Source: an uncultured Candidatus Bathyarchaeia archaeon
GTDB lineage: Archaea; Thermoproteota; CALKCG01; B24
DNA: 64,000 nucleotides
Direction: 5' to 3'
Assembly: GCA_964568845.1 (NCBI GenBank)
Contig: CAZMSC010000002.1
Span: forward strand, 3,283 to 67,282
The notes below the pieces were generated by a model. It was not told where the DNA came from. It worked only from the letters and a program-made list of their open reading frames with translations, and made no database searches. A program made the translations under genes and the position numbers. This document shows positions 48,826-57,239 of this stretch, piece by piece; the first letter of the stretch is position 1, and each line of letters opens with the position of its first letter.

Positions 48826-48912
48826 GCCGGGATGGCCGAGCGGACTAAGGCGCAGGCCTGGAGAGCCTGTGGGCCCTCCGGGCCCTCGTGGGTTCAAATC
48901 CCACTCCCGGCG
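48826..48912 (+). tRNA. tRNA-Ser (anticodon GGA)
   Basis: Manual cloverleaf. Acceptor GCCGGGA/TCCCGGC. Anticodon arm CAGGC-CTGGAGA-GCCTG. Long variable arm GGGCC-CTCCG-GGCCC. T arm GTGGG-TTCAAAT-CCCAC. Discriminator G. No encoded CCA and no intron. Confidence 0.92.
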
Positions 48913-49153
48913 TCAATACCCCTCTGTAAATTCCTTATTTTCAATAACCCCTTCTAGCTCTAACAGCTTCCACTATGGCATCTTGAATTTTTTTTTTTAA
49001 ACGGACTTGTGACAGAATATAGCTTCACCGGAGATTTCCATACCACTTGAATTACTATAGCGCTGGCATCGTATGACTTATCCCGCACTCCTCTATCCAC
49101 GCTACGTGTAGTTGTTAAATGCGTAAACTTTTATATGATAAGTTTGTTGCAGA

Positions 49154-50071
49154 TTGCTGTTAGTGAGGGGTAAAGCTGTGGACAAGTTAATGTTTAATCT
49201 AAATGATGTACTTGTAAAGAAAGCCACCACCTTCATTCTAATAACATATTCTTCCGCCCTACTTATAGACATCGCAGCTCTATATGGACTACTACCATTA
49301 ATTCCATGGGGTTTTCTAAGGATGTGGAGCGTCGCAATATCCTCCGTAGTTTGCTCAGTACTATTCAGAGAAGACTTTTTCTCGCCGCTTAAGAAATACT
49401 TGAAGTTCTCGGTTAAATTACTCAAACTCTACTTGCTATCACCATTTATAGTATACGTAGCCTTGGGAGTTTACATAATTATAGCCTTCTCCCTAGGACT
49501 CTTTGATTTCTCCGCTTACATAGAACTAATAGCCATAGAGATTGCTAAGACATCCAATATGACCAAGGAGCAAGCGGTGCATTTAGCTACAACTTCAGCC
49601 TACGCTCAAATAGCATCAGCATACGTGGCCGCGATAACAGTAAACGCTATATTTGCTCTAGGTGAGGAAGTCGGATGGAGAGGCTACCTTTACGATCTTC
49701 TCGGCTCTAAATCTTCAACTAAAGCCGTCTTAACAATAGGGACTGTATGGGGACTTTGGCATGCGTCAGCAACGTTCCTCCTAGGATACAACTATCAATT
49801 TAATAGATCGACTGGAATAGCTCTTTTCACGCTGATCACGCTACTTTTCACATACTGTCAACTAATATTGACAAGTAGAGCTGGTGGAAGTGTTTTACCA
49901 GCATCGTCATTTCACGGCGCGGTAAATTCGATATGGGATCTGACCGTAGTTGCAACAAGGCTGTCTAAAGAGCTTGGAGAAGTGGTGTTAGGGCTCGGTT
50001 TAACAGGAGTAATAGCATGGATAATAGTGGATATATCGCTTTACATAATCATAAAGATACGTCTCTGGTAA
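49154..50071 (+). CDS. CPBP family intramembrane glutamic endopeptidase (CAAX protease-like)
   Basis: Polytopic ORF with EEVGWRGYL (EExxxR), WGLWHA and FHGAVN motifs. Confidence 0.75.
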   Translation: MLLVRGKAVDKLMFNLNDVLVKKATTFILITYSSALLIDIAALYGLLPLIPWGFLRMWSVAISSVVCSVLFREDFFSPLKKYLKFSVKLLKLYLLSPFIVYVALGVYIIIAFSLGLFDFSAYIELIAIEIAKTSNMTKEQAVHLATTSAYAQIASAYVAAITVNAIFALGEEVGWRGYLYDLLGSKSSTKAVLTIGTVWGLWHASATFLLGYNYQFNRSTGIALFTLITLLFTYCQLILTSRAGGSVLPASSFHGAVNSIWDLTVVATRLSKELGEVVLGLGLTGVIAWIIVDISLYIIIKIRLW

Positions 50072-50210
50072 AAGCGAAAATCAAAACCAGCCTTCCATTT
50101 TTATAGAAGGGTTAAAATCGATCTTTTGTAAATTAACCGTTATTGAAAGTTTAAATCTACTTAGTATTTGAAGCAGTTGTCGATATCTATCCATATCTCT
50201 TAAAAAACTC

Positions 50211-50861
50211 TCATGTTGTTCCAAGCCATACACCTATTTGTCCTCCGAAATAAACTAAAACTGTGAATACGACAAGTCTTGTGGTGAATGTTAAAACCAG
50301 GAAGATATCAAAACGTGCCTTCAAAAGCCCACATAAGAGAGATAGCACTTCTACTGGTAGGATTGGAATGAGCCCGAAGATTATGTAGATAATCCACCCC
50401 CGTTTAACCCATAAATTTGAGGCGCTCTTAAGTTTATTCTCGCCGAGCTTTTTAACAACGTATGGTCTTCCAAATCTATAAGCTAAGCCGTAATTAATTG
50501 CCATGCCTATTGTGAACCCTACCGTTGCAATAATAATTAATAGTATTGGAGGGAGGCCGAAGGAAGCTGCTACCACTACCAGAGCCGGGCTTCCAAGAGG
50601 TATCACTGTACCTGCGAGTATTGTTGCGATAAAGATTCCTAAAAGACCATAGCTTTCAAAGAATGCCTTCACGTCTAATAGAAGATACCTTATATTAAAA
50701 TCTAAAGCCTTCAAAGTTAGAACAATTATTAGGCAAACAACCGCTACTACCGACCCTAGAGTGACTGGCTTTTTAACCCACGGGATCCTAACGACGTCTG
50801 AAAGCTTCTCCTCAGACTTTCCGTTGACCGTAGTCGTGTAAACCTCGTGATTTGACATCAT
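50211..50861 (-). CDS. DedA/TVP38 (SNARE-associated) family membrane protein
   Basis: Membrane ORF with ...VIPLGSPALVVVAASFG...YRFGRPYV... typical of the VTT/DedA domain. Confidence 0.7.
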   Translation of the reverse strand: MMSNHEVYTTTVNGKSEEKLSDVVRIPWVKKPVTLGSVVAVVCLIIVLTLKALDFNIRYLLLDVKAFFESYGLLGIFIATILAGTVIPLGSPALVVVAASFGLPPILLIIIATVGFTIGMAINYGLAYRFGRPYVVKKLGENKLKSASNLWVKRGWIIYIIFGLIPILPVEVLSLLCGLLKARFDIFLVLTFTTRLVVFTVLVYFGGQIGVWLGTT

Positions 50862-50956
50862 ACACTCCTCTGCTCACTTTAAACTTTTCAAATTCTGCTA
50901 TTTCCATATTTTAGGGTAAAAAGAGTGTTGACGGTATTTCAGCGGAATGGCTAAAG

Positions 50957-51193
50957 TTACGGTAGTCGAAGCAGGATCTGTATGATCATGAATATGGTGA
51001 AAGCTACGAGTATCGCTATCCATATCTTCCTGAACCTCTCCATGGATTTTCTCTCTTTAACGGCTTTCTCCTCACATTTAGGGGAGCAGTATTTTTCATT
51101 AGGCGGGACAACCCTTCCACAGATTTCGCAGTGTCTATGGTCTGGAACGTCGGCAACTTCAACCTCTTTCCGCCTTTTAGGTTTTTGGGTCAA
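50957..51193 (-). CDS. DUF2116-type zinc-ribbon protein with a C-terminal TM helix
   Basis: HCEICGRVVPPNEKYCSPKCEEK followed by a hydrophobic tail. Confidence 0.6.
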   Translation of the reverse strand: MTQKPKRRKEVEVADVPDHRHCEICGRVVPPNEKYCSPKCEEKAVKERKSMERFRKIWIAILVAFTIFMIIQILLRLP

Positions 51194-51247
51194 AGATTAC
51201 ACCTAAAGTTTAATTTTTTCAAGCTCCTTTTAAACTAAACGTTAATT

Positions 51248-52165
51248 ATGGGTTTTAAAAAGTTCGGCTGGTGGGGTTTTGAAGTAACGATACCCGATAA
51301 CTGGGATATAAGCATAGATAGAGGGGGGTATAATAAAGGTTACGTTAGAATAGATGATCCTAAAGTGCCGAGGCTGGAGATTTCATGGGAGCCGTATAAG
51401 AAAGATAAAATCAAGTCTCTCGACGAAATCTCCGAAGGCATCAAAAAAGAATTGCAGAAGAAGAGTAAGGATGTTAAGTTTATAGGTAAAGGTGGGTCGG
51501 CGAGAATAGCAAAACATACGGCTAAGTATCTCCATTGGAGGATAGATGAATTTGAAGGATATGTCGTTTTCTGGTATTGTGATGAAAATTTAAAATTTTA
51601 TCGTGTTCAAATGCTATTTAAACGTGATGAATATTGGAGTTTTAAGAAAACAATTTTAGATGTTTTAAAATCCTTTAAATGTCATGTTAAAAGTGATATT
51701 TATAGTTGGACTGTTTTAGACTTCGATTTGAAACTTCCCAAGGATTTTAAACTTATCAGTAGAAGCTATAAGCTGGGCAATATTACACTTGCCTTCGAAT
51801 CTAAAGATTCATATGTATTCATAAACAGGATAAGCGTCGCCGACGTCCTCCTCGAAGAGAAATATGAAGGCGACCTTATGAACGTATTGGAAAACGAGCA
51901 TTTACCCAATATTAGAACGAGGCTTAAAATATCTAAGTTTAAGTCTTCTAGAAGTTTTCAAGACGAGTTTCACAGAGGACTTGTAATAAGCTCCTCTTAC
52001 AAAATTGGTCTAATAATGCCTAAAGAGTTTTACTTGAAGACGAGAATATGGCTCTGCAAGAAAACCAATAAAATATACGCCGTCACAATAGCCGTTAGGA
52101 AAAGTCTAGAGTCGGATAAGTTTAGAAGACGACTGGAAACTTTATTATCTACATTATGCCCATAA
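51248..52165 (+). CDS. hypothetical protein
   Basis: 305-aa ORF with good coding appearance and no motif I recognise. Lies 20 nt upstream of the PqqD-like gene on the same strand. Confidence 0.5.
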   Translation: MGFKKFGWWGFEVTIPDNWDISIDRGGYNKGYVRIDDPKVPRLEISWEPYKKDKIKSLDEISEGIKKELQKKSKDVKFIGKGGSARIAKHTAKYLHWRIDEFEGYVVFWYCDENLKFYRVQMLFKRDEYWSFKKTILDVLKSFKCHVKSDIYSWTVLDFDLKLPKDFKLISRSYKLGNITLAFESKDSYVFINRISVADVLLEEKYEGDLMNVLENEHLPNIRTRLKISKFKSSRSFQDEFHRGLVISSSYKIGLIMPKEFYLKTRIWLCKKTNKIYAVTIAVRKSLESDKFRRRLETLLSTLCP

Positions 52166-52185
52166 ATTGGTAGAGGTTTCCACCT

Positions 52186-52617
52186 TTGAAGCTTCCAGGC
52201 GTCTTCTCTAAGATTTTAGGTAGAAAAAAGCCTGAAGAAGTACCGAGCATAGATAAAGACGTCGTATTAAACTTAGCACCCATAAGAAACCCAGCTATAA
52301 CCTGGAGAAGATACAAGAGCGGTGAAGTTGCTCTAGTAGTTTCCATTAGAAAGAAGGGTTTAATGGCACGTAAAGATAGGTCTGAGAGGGAGAAAAAGAT
52401 AATACTTGATAAAATAGGTTCATATGTTTGGACTCTATGCGATGGAGAACATACGTTTAAAGAGATAGTTGACGCTCTGGTTGAAAATTACAAACTACAT
52501 AGACGGGAAGCCGAAATATCTCTCGCAAAATACCTAGATGTCCTCTCCAAGAAGGGTGTGATAAGCTTCATGCCAAATAAACTCTCCCTACTTAAAGAGG
52601 AGAAGCCAGAGTCATAG
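52186..52617 (+). CDS. PqqD-family (RiPP-recognition-element-like) protein
   Basis: LDKIGSYVWTLCDGEHTFKEIVDALVENYKLHRREAEISLAKYLDVLSKKGVISF matches the PqqD winged-helix pattern. TTG start. Confidence 0.6.
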   Translation: MKLPGVFSKILGRKKPEEVPSIDKDVVLNLAPIRNPAITWRRYKSGEVALVVSIRKKGLMARKDRSEREKKIILDKIGSYVWTLCDGEHTFKEIVDALVENYKLHRREAEISLAKYLDVLSKKGVISFMPNKLSLLKEEKPES

Positions 52618-52649
52618 AACTCGCAAAGCCACCCTTAGAAAAGGAGCCC

Positions 52650-53579
52650 TCATCTGAAGATTTTAAACAACGGATGACTTCTATCTATTCGAACCTGTTT
52701 GAAACGCATGTTGTAGGCTATGTAGCTTGATATTACTGCACAAGCAGGATACACGTATTTGGCGTGTGAAATGGGGCCGTAGAGTATGAAGTTGGCACCC
52801 ATAGCTATCGGTAGCGCTTGTGAAACGGCATCACAACATTTCAAAACCTCTGGCTGTACATCTTTCACTTTTTTCCACAGTGAAATAGCGTTGGCTGGGC
52901 CGCAGCCAGTCGGTAGACCTGTCTCAGCTTTAACACCATAGACCGTTTGAGAAGCTAAGCCTATATCTGGCATATCAAGAACACATACGTCTACTAGTAT
53001 TTTCTCAGCGCCAGCCTTCCTAGCGGCTTCAAGTAAACCCGGCTTATCGCTCAATCCAGTTAGGGTCTTTAATCTCCCTCTGGGTGTAGGGTCTCTTGGA
53101 TTGAACAACTGGAGGACGACATTTTTCATACCAGAATCTTTTATTGCGACGAGCTCCTCCTCCTTGTAATTTATGTCTAAGGAATTGTATATGGCTCTAC
53201 TGGATAAGCCAGCCTCAGCTATGTACTTAGCGGCTTGCATTCTAACTTCAGCAGTTACTCCGTCTAGTAGAAATGGGCTGTCGGTTTTATCCGCTACAAA
53301 TTCTACAAAGCGTATAAGTGCTTCAGATGTATGCCCTACGACGTCTATAATCCTCGGAAGACCATACTCGTCGGATACTTCTGCTTCTTCGTTGAGCAGT
53401 TTCTCAGCTCTAACTTCATCGAATATTCCTCTAGACTCATCTAAGACTAACTTATGACCCTTGTAGAATATGCTTCCAATCATAACTGGTGGTAGTTGAC
53501 CTGGTTGACCGCCGATTTTAACACCACCTATTTCAAAAACCGCTTGATCCCTATCAAACTTAAACATCGTGCTCCCCAT
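52650..53579 (-). CDS. mtrH: MtrH-family methyltransferase (tetrahydromethanopterin S-methyltransferase subunit H homolog), stand-alone
   Basis: MFKFDRDQAVFEIGGVKIGGQPGQLPPVMIGSIFY is the characteristic MtrH N-terminus. 309 aa. No other mtr genes are adjacent. Confidence 0.8.
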   Translation of the reverse strand: MGSTMFKFDRDQAVFEIGGVKIGGQPGQLPPVMIGSIFYKGHKLVLDESRGIFDEVRAEKLLNEEAEVSDEYGLPRIIDVVGHTSEALIRFVEFVADKTDSPFLLDGVTAEVRMQAAKYIAEAGLSSRAIYNSLDINYKEEELVAIKDSGMKNVVLQLFNPRDPTPRGRLKTLTGLSDKPGLLEAARKAGAEKILVDVCVLDMPDIGLASQTVYGVKAETGLPTGCGPANAISLWKKVKDVQPEVLKCCDAVSQALPIAMGANFILYGPISHAKYVYPACAVISSYIAYNMRFKQVRIDRSHPLFKIFR

Positions 53580-53666
53580 CTTATGTGATAGAGGTTTAAG
53601 GTTAAATTAATATATTAAGTTGCTGTTAGAAAATATCTATAAATCAACTGGCGGTGAGTTGTAGAC

Positions 53667-53972
53667 ATGTGCTCTCGTCCTAAAGTCAGAAAGCTTCAGG
53701 GGATAGTTGAATCGATTGAGCGTACAGGTGAGAAGAAAGTCGATGAGAACGGTGTAGAGTGGGAGAAATGCATCTTCAACGTTAGACTAACGGGGTTCTC
53801 TAAGAGGACTCCGGATGAAGTGCTTCCTGAACACCTTAAAAGTAAGGTCGTTAAACTCGTCCGATGGGCTGCCTTCGACTGGCATTTTAAAACAGGTGTA
53901 AGGAAGACGCTTGAACCCGATGAGACGGAAGCAGTCTTAGAAGGTAGAAAAACCAGTACTGTTTATTGGTAA
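53667..53972 (+). CDS. hypothetical protein
   Basis: 101-aa ORF. I recognise no motif. Confidence 0.4.
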   Translation: MCSRPKVRKLQGIVESIERTGEKKVDENGVEWEKCIFNVRLTGFSKRTPDEVLPEHLKSKVVKLVRWAAFDWHFKTGVRKTLEPDETEAVLEGRKTSTVYW

Positions 53973-54069
53973 TACGTGGAGAATTGAAAAGAGAGCTATT
54001 TGCCGTGGAAAAATAGCGTGACCACGGGAAGATTTATATTTACAGTTAAAGTTCTCACACCTAGAGACT

Positions 54070-54543
54070 ATGAGTGCTTCAACTTTTGAGAAAGTCTTCT
54101 TGAATGCTATGAGGAAGACTATAGGCGAGGTCATGAACTACGATAGAGACTTTGAAGAAGTAAAGAGTGAACTTAAGAAGCTTATAAAATCCAATCGTAT
54201 AGATGCGAGAGATGTTCAGCAGATATTGGATCAAATACCGTCTTACGTATTCGGGTCGCTTGTCACAGATATAGCGATAGGCGCCATATTTGAAGGATCG
54301 TCAAAGGAAATGAGGCTTCAGAAGATGATAGCAGACGTCTTCATTAAAGTGTTCGAAGAAAAAGGCATTCAAATTCTCCTAAACCACTGTAATATAGAGA
54401 CTGCCAGAAATATTCTTGGAGAAGAGAAAGTTGAAGAAATAGCCGAGAAAATAACAACGGAAGACATATTTCAAACGGAAGAATGTGAAAAATTCTGCAA
54501 TAAAATTATCAAAGTCTTAGAAGAGGCGCTTAAAGCTAAATGA
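54070..54543 (+). CDS. hypothetical protein (its 3' region contains direct-repeat copy A)
   Basis: 157-aa helical, charged ORF. I recognise no motif. Confidence 0.45.
   Translation: MSASTFEKVFLNAMRKTIGEVMNYDRDFEEVKSELKKLIKSNRIDARDVQQILDQIPSYVFGSLVTDIAIGAIFEGSSKEMRLQKMIADVFIKVFEEKGIQILLNHCNIETARNILGEEKVEEIAEKITTEDIFQTEECEKFCNKIIKVLEEALKAK
54439..54476 (+). repeat. direct repeat copy A (38 nt, 34/38 identical to 55721-55758)
   Basis: ATAGCCGAGAAAATAACAACGGAAGACATATTTCAAAC versus ATTGCCGAAAAAATAACAACGGAAGATATATTTCACAC, aligned by eye. It encodes IAEKITTEDIFQT within ORF 54070..54543. Confidence 0.85.
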
Positions 54544-54562
54544 AGACTCAGATGGCCGGCAA

Positions 54563-55047
54563 TCAGCCTCCTACAAATGTATCAAGAATTACAGCCTCGC
54601 TATCCGCGTAATGCGTGAGTAAAAGTTCGATCAACTTAAGAGAGAAATGTCCACACTTTGAAAAACACCTCTACGTTTCAACTTCTGTTAAGTCTAAAAG
54701 CTCTTATAACTTGGGCCTATCTACAGAATATTTATAAGCTTTGATGGTGGGCTCGAATATGTTCATCCGTATTCACTTATACGCCAAGGCGCTGTTAAAT
54801 TGATGTTTTCACGTTAATCCTCTTCTAACGTATTTGTTTAAGCTAGCTATTTTTGTTAGTCACTTTCCTTGTTACACTGGAAGTACCTATTTGAATAGCT
54901 CGCGGCTCAACTGTTGCTGAACTATACGATCTTATGCATGTCTAACCTCCGTTCGGCCTTTGTCCTTTGGATTCTACCCCGTTTTTCTAATCTATAAGTT
55001 CGCCTTTGAGATGTAAAAAGCCCTTAGGTTATAGGGGAAGATTTATA
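54563..55047 (-). pseudogene. decayed internal fragment of an N4/N6 DNA methyltransferase gene (hypothesis)
   Basis: No ORF of 60 aa or more on either strand. Minus-strand fragments read ..KCGHFSLKLIELLLTHYADSEAVILDTFVGG* (cf. HPTQKP..LLERII....GD.VLDPF.GSGTT) and, about 130 codons upstream, IFPYNLRAFY (cf. DPPYN). The fragments are separated by several stops and frame changes. Confidence 0.35.
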
Positions 55048-55061
55048 TTGTAAAACTTATA

Positions 55062-55080
55062 GTAATACTTTGTAATACTT
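55062..55080 (+). promoter_or_regulatory. tandem GTAATACTT repeats abutting the vapB start (candidate operator); TATA-like ATTTATATT at 55041-55049
   Basis: aGTAATACTTtGTAATACTT-ATG, read directly from the sequence. Confidence 0.35.
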
Positions 55081-55326
55081 ATGGTTAAACTTAAGTTGAA
55101 GGTTGGGCCAAAAGGGCAGATAGTGCTCCCGAAGATAGTTAGGGACAAACTTGGAATTAAGCCTCGTAGCTACGTGATAGCGGTTCTCAAGGAGAACGAG
55201 CTAACTTTGCAGAGAGGGACAGACATCGACGAGTTTCTAGATTGGCTGAAAAGGTCTAGGAAGCCCATAGTGAGGCTCGTCTCCAGGTTCAGCTTGGAGG
55301 ATGAGGTTATTGAGGCTCTTCCTTGA
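55081..55326 (+). CDS. vapB: AbrB/SpoVT-type antitoxin VapB
   Basis: KVGPKGQIVLPKIVRDKLGIKPRSYV swapped-hairpin motif. 81 aa. Overlaps vapC. Confidence 0.8.
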   Translation: MVKLKLKVGPKGQIVLPKIVRDKLGIKPRSYVIAVLKENELTLQRGTDIDEFLDWLKRSRKPIVRLVSRFSLEDEVIEALP

Positions 55327-55720
55327 CTCCTCCTACTTAATATATCTCAGATACTCTGAGAATGATGAAATATTCAACTACGTGATAAGTTTCTTAGAAA
55401 GGGCCTTCAAACGTGGAGACAATCTGTTTATTAATATGGTCGTTGTAGATGAAGTATTATGGATTTTGACAAGGAAATACAGAGTTCCATTAGGCGAAGT
55501 CTTTGAACTGATGGATCAATTAATGCCTCTTCTAAAGGTAGTTCCAATAGACTACGCTGACTATGACGTTTTGAGGAAAGCAATGGTAAACTATGGATTA
55601 AAGCCCTCAGATGCGCTTCACATAGCTTCCATGAATAAAGCTGGAATCAAGCATATAGTCTCAGAAGACAATGAATTCGACAAGATACCGTGGGTGAAGA
55701 GAATCTGGATAAGCACATGA
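55301..55720 (+). CDS. vapC: PIN-domain toxin VapC
   Basis: Acidic residues in the usual PIN positions (LFLDSS, VVDEV, PSDALH, SEDNEFD). 139 aa. Confidence 0.8.
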   Translation: MRLLRLFLDSSYLIYLRYSENDEIFNYVISFLERAFKRGDNLFINMVVVDEVLWILTRKYRVPLGEVFELMDQLMPLLKVVPIDYADYDVLRKAMVNYGLKPSDALHIASMNKAGIKHIVSEDNEFDKIPWVKRIWIST

Positions 55721-55777
55721 ATTGCCGAAAAAATAACAACGGAAGATATATTTCACACTCAAATTTTTCGACGCTGA
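55721..55777 (+). repeat. direct repeat copy B (55721-55758), part of a 19-codon gene fragment homologous to the 3' region of ORF 54070..54543
   Basis: Begins the nucleotide after the vapC stop and reads IAEKITTEDIFHTQIFRR*. Three of its four differences from copy A are synonymous. Confidence 0.8.
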
Positions 55778-55942
55778 GGGATATATTATCGCCTTGGTTC
55801 CAATTTTCTTTTTGAAGCGTATTCATGTTAGTAATTTTTTAAGGAAGTATGAAGTAAGCGAAATCGATTTGTTGTCAATGATTGGCAATAGGATTAAAGT
55901 AAGTGGAGAAATAATCTTTAAGAAAGTTTGTAATCCGTTGTT

Positions 55943-56641
55943 TTATATCAAGTTATCCATTTCCCAAATTCTCTCGCAGAATAGGCATCCCTCTCCCTTT
56001 TCTCCTGTTTCACGGTCGCTTACGATGATGCGGATCTGACTGTAATCTGAGTTTTTTAAGTTTGTGGGAATAGTCGTCTGGATTAGATACCCGTATATCG
56101 ACTGATTTCCGCCTGCCGTCTCCCTCACCTTATTTACTTCAAGAATCTTCATGGTTTGATCATCTATGATGACTTCAATATCGTCCTTAGCTAGGTTTGG
56201 TGCGATATCAATTATGCTGAGATTATGGCTTACGTTGCGTAATTCATCCGGTGATAGTGGGAATCCTATGCCGAGACGTTGCGAAAATTCTTTTGCTCTT
56301 TTGAGGCTCATAGGTCGAAAATATATTTGTATGGAGGGTAATCCGCCTTGAGGTATCCATGCGTTTATCGCGTAAACTTCAAGGCCGTTGATACGGGGAT
56401 TAACTTCTAAGTCCTGATAAGCTGGGATATTCCATGCCCAATATTCAAGGTTTTTTATGGCGTAATCCTTGCATGCCCATAAGGCAATGTAGTTACCCTC
56501 GCTAACTTCAAGGCTGTATTTGCCATCTGCGTCGGAGAACGTCTGGTAAATCGCTTTAAATTTTTTGCTTAAAACTACAATTTCCACTCTCTCCATCGGG
56601 TTACCGTTGAAATCTGTCACCTTTCCATGTATTCTAATCAA
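55943..56641 (-). CDS. carboxypeptidase-regulatory-like (Ig-like beta-sandwich) domain protein
   Basis: IHGKVTDFNGNPMERVEIVVL....TFSDADGKYSLEVSEGNY is the CarboxypepD_reg-like pattern. The rest is unknown. Confidence 0.55.
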   Translation of the reverse strand: MIRIHGKVTDFNGNPMERVEIVVLSKKFKAIYQTFSDADGKYSLEVSEGNYIALWACKDYAIKNLEYWAWNIPAYQDLEVNPRINGLEVYAINAWIPQGGLPSIQIYFRPMSLKRAKEFSQRLGIGFPLSPDELRNVSHNLSIIDIAPNLAKDDIEVIIDDQTMKILEVNKVRETAGGNQSIYGYLIQTTIPTNLKNSDYSQIRIIVSDRETGEKGEGCLFCERIWEMDNLI

Positions 56642-57015
56642 AACCGTAGCCTCAGCATTTTAGTATGACCTCCTGTTAATAAGATTTTCCAGGTTGATAA
56701 TTCTTAACAGACTTCTAAGTTATTTTAGCCAGCTTCCAAAGTTTACCTCTATCAGTTTATATTGCTAGTTTCCAGCCCAACCTCTTCAGCCACATTCAGC
56801 ATGATTTTTCAGCCTGGCGTTACATGTACCCATCCAATTGACTTTCTAGTGAAGTCTTTACAAGGGTAAATTTTCAGTCCCTTTCCATTATGCATACTAT
56901 CTCAGTCATTGAGTTGAGGCATCCGAGGAATTATCTGCCACGTCTATACATACTATATCGACTGTCGCGGGCGCGTTGGATTTAAAAGGTGGAAAATATT
57001 TAATCCGAATACTGG

Positions 57016-57104
57016 CGCCGGGGGTGGGATTTGAACCCACGAGGGCCCGGAGGGCCCACAGGCTCTCAAGGCCTGCGCGTTTGTCCTAGCTCCGCAACCC
57101 CGGC
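57016..57104 (-). tRNA. tRNA-Ser (anticodon UGA); CCA is encoded immediately 3' (57013-57015)
   Basis: The reverse complement folds as acceptor GCCGGGG/CCCCGGC, anticodon arm CAGGC-CTTGAGA-GCCTG, and a variable arm and T arm identical to the other tRNA-Ser. Discriminator G, then CCA. Confidence 0.92.
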
Positions 57105-57239
57105 TTTAGTGATTTCTTTGGTGTTCTAAGTAGTAGTTTGCTAACCTTTATGTTAAACGTTTCTTTAAAGATTGCTGTATAGTAATTCCCTATGGCATGG
57201 GGTGGTGTTTATTTTGGCTCTGTTGGCGAAAAATTAGGT

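Noticed and set aside
48913-49153. Integrase remnant or att site immediately downstream of tRNA-Ser(GGA).
   Set aside because: The only feature is a start-less ~56-codon minus-strand frame (..KKKIQDAIVEAVRARRGY*) that contains a poly-A run and has no recombinase motifs. There is no direct repeat of the tRNA 3' half within the window.
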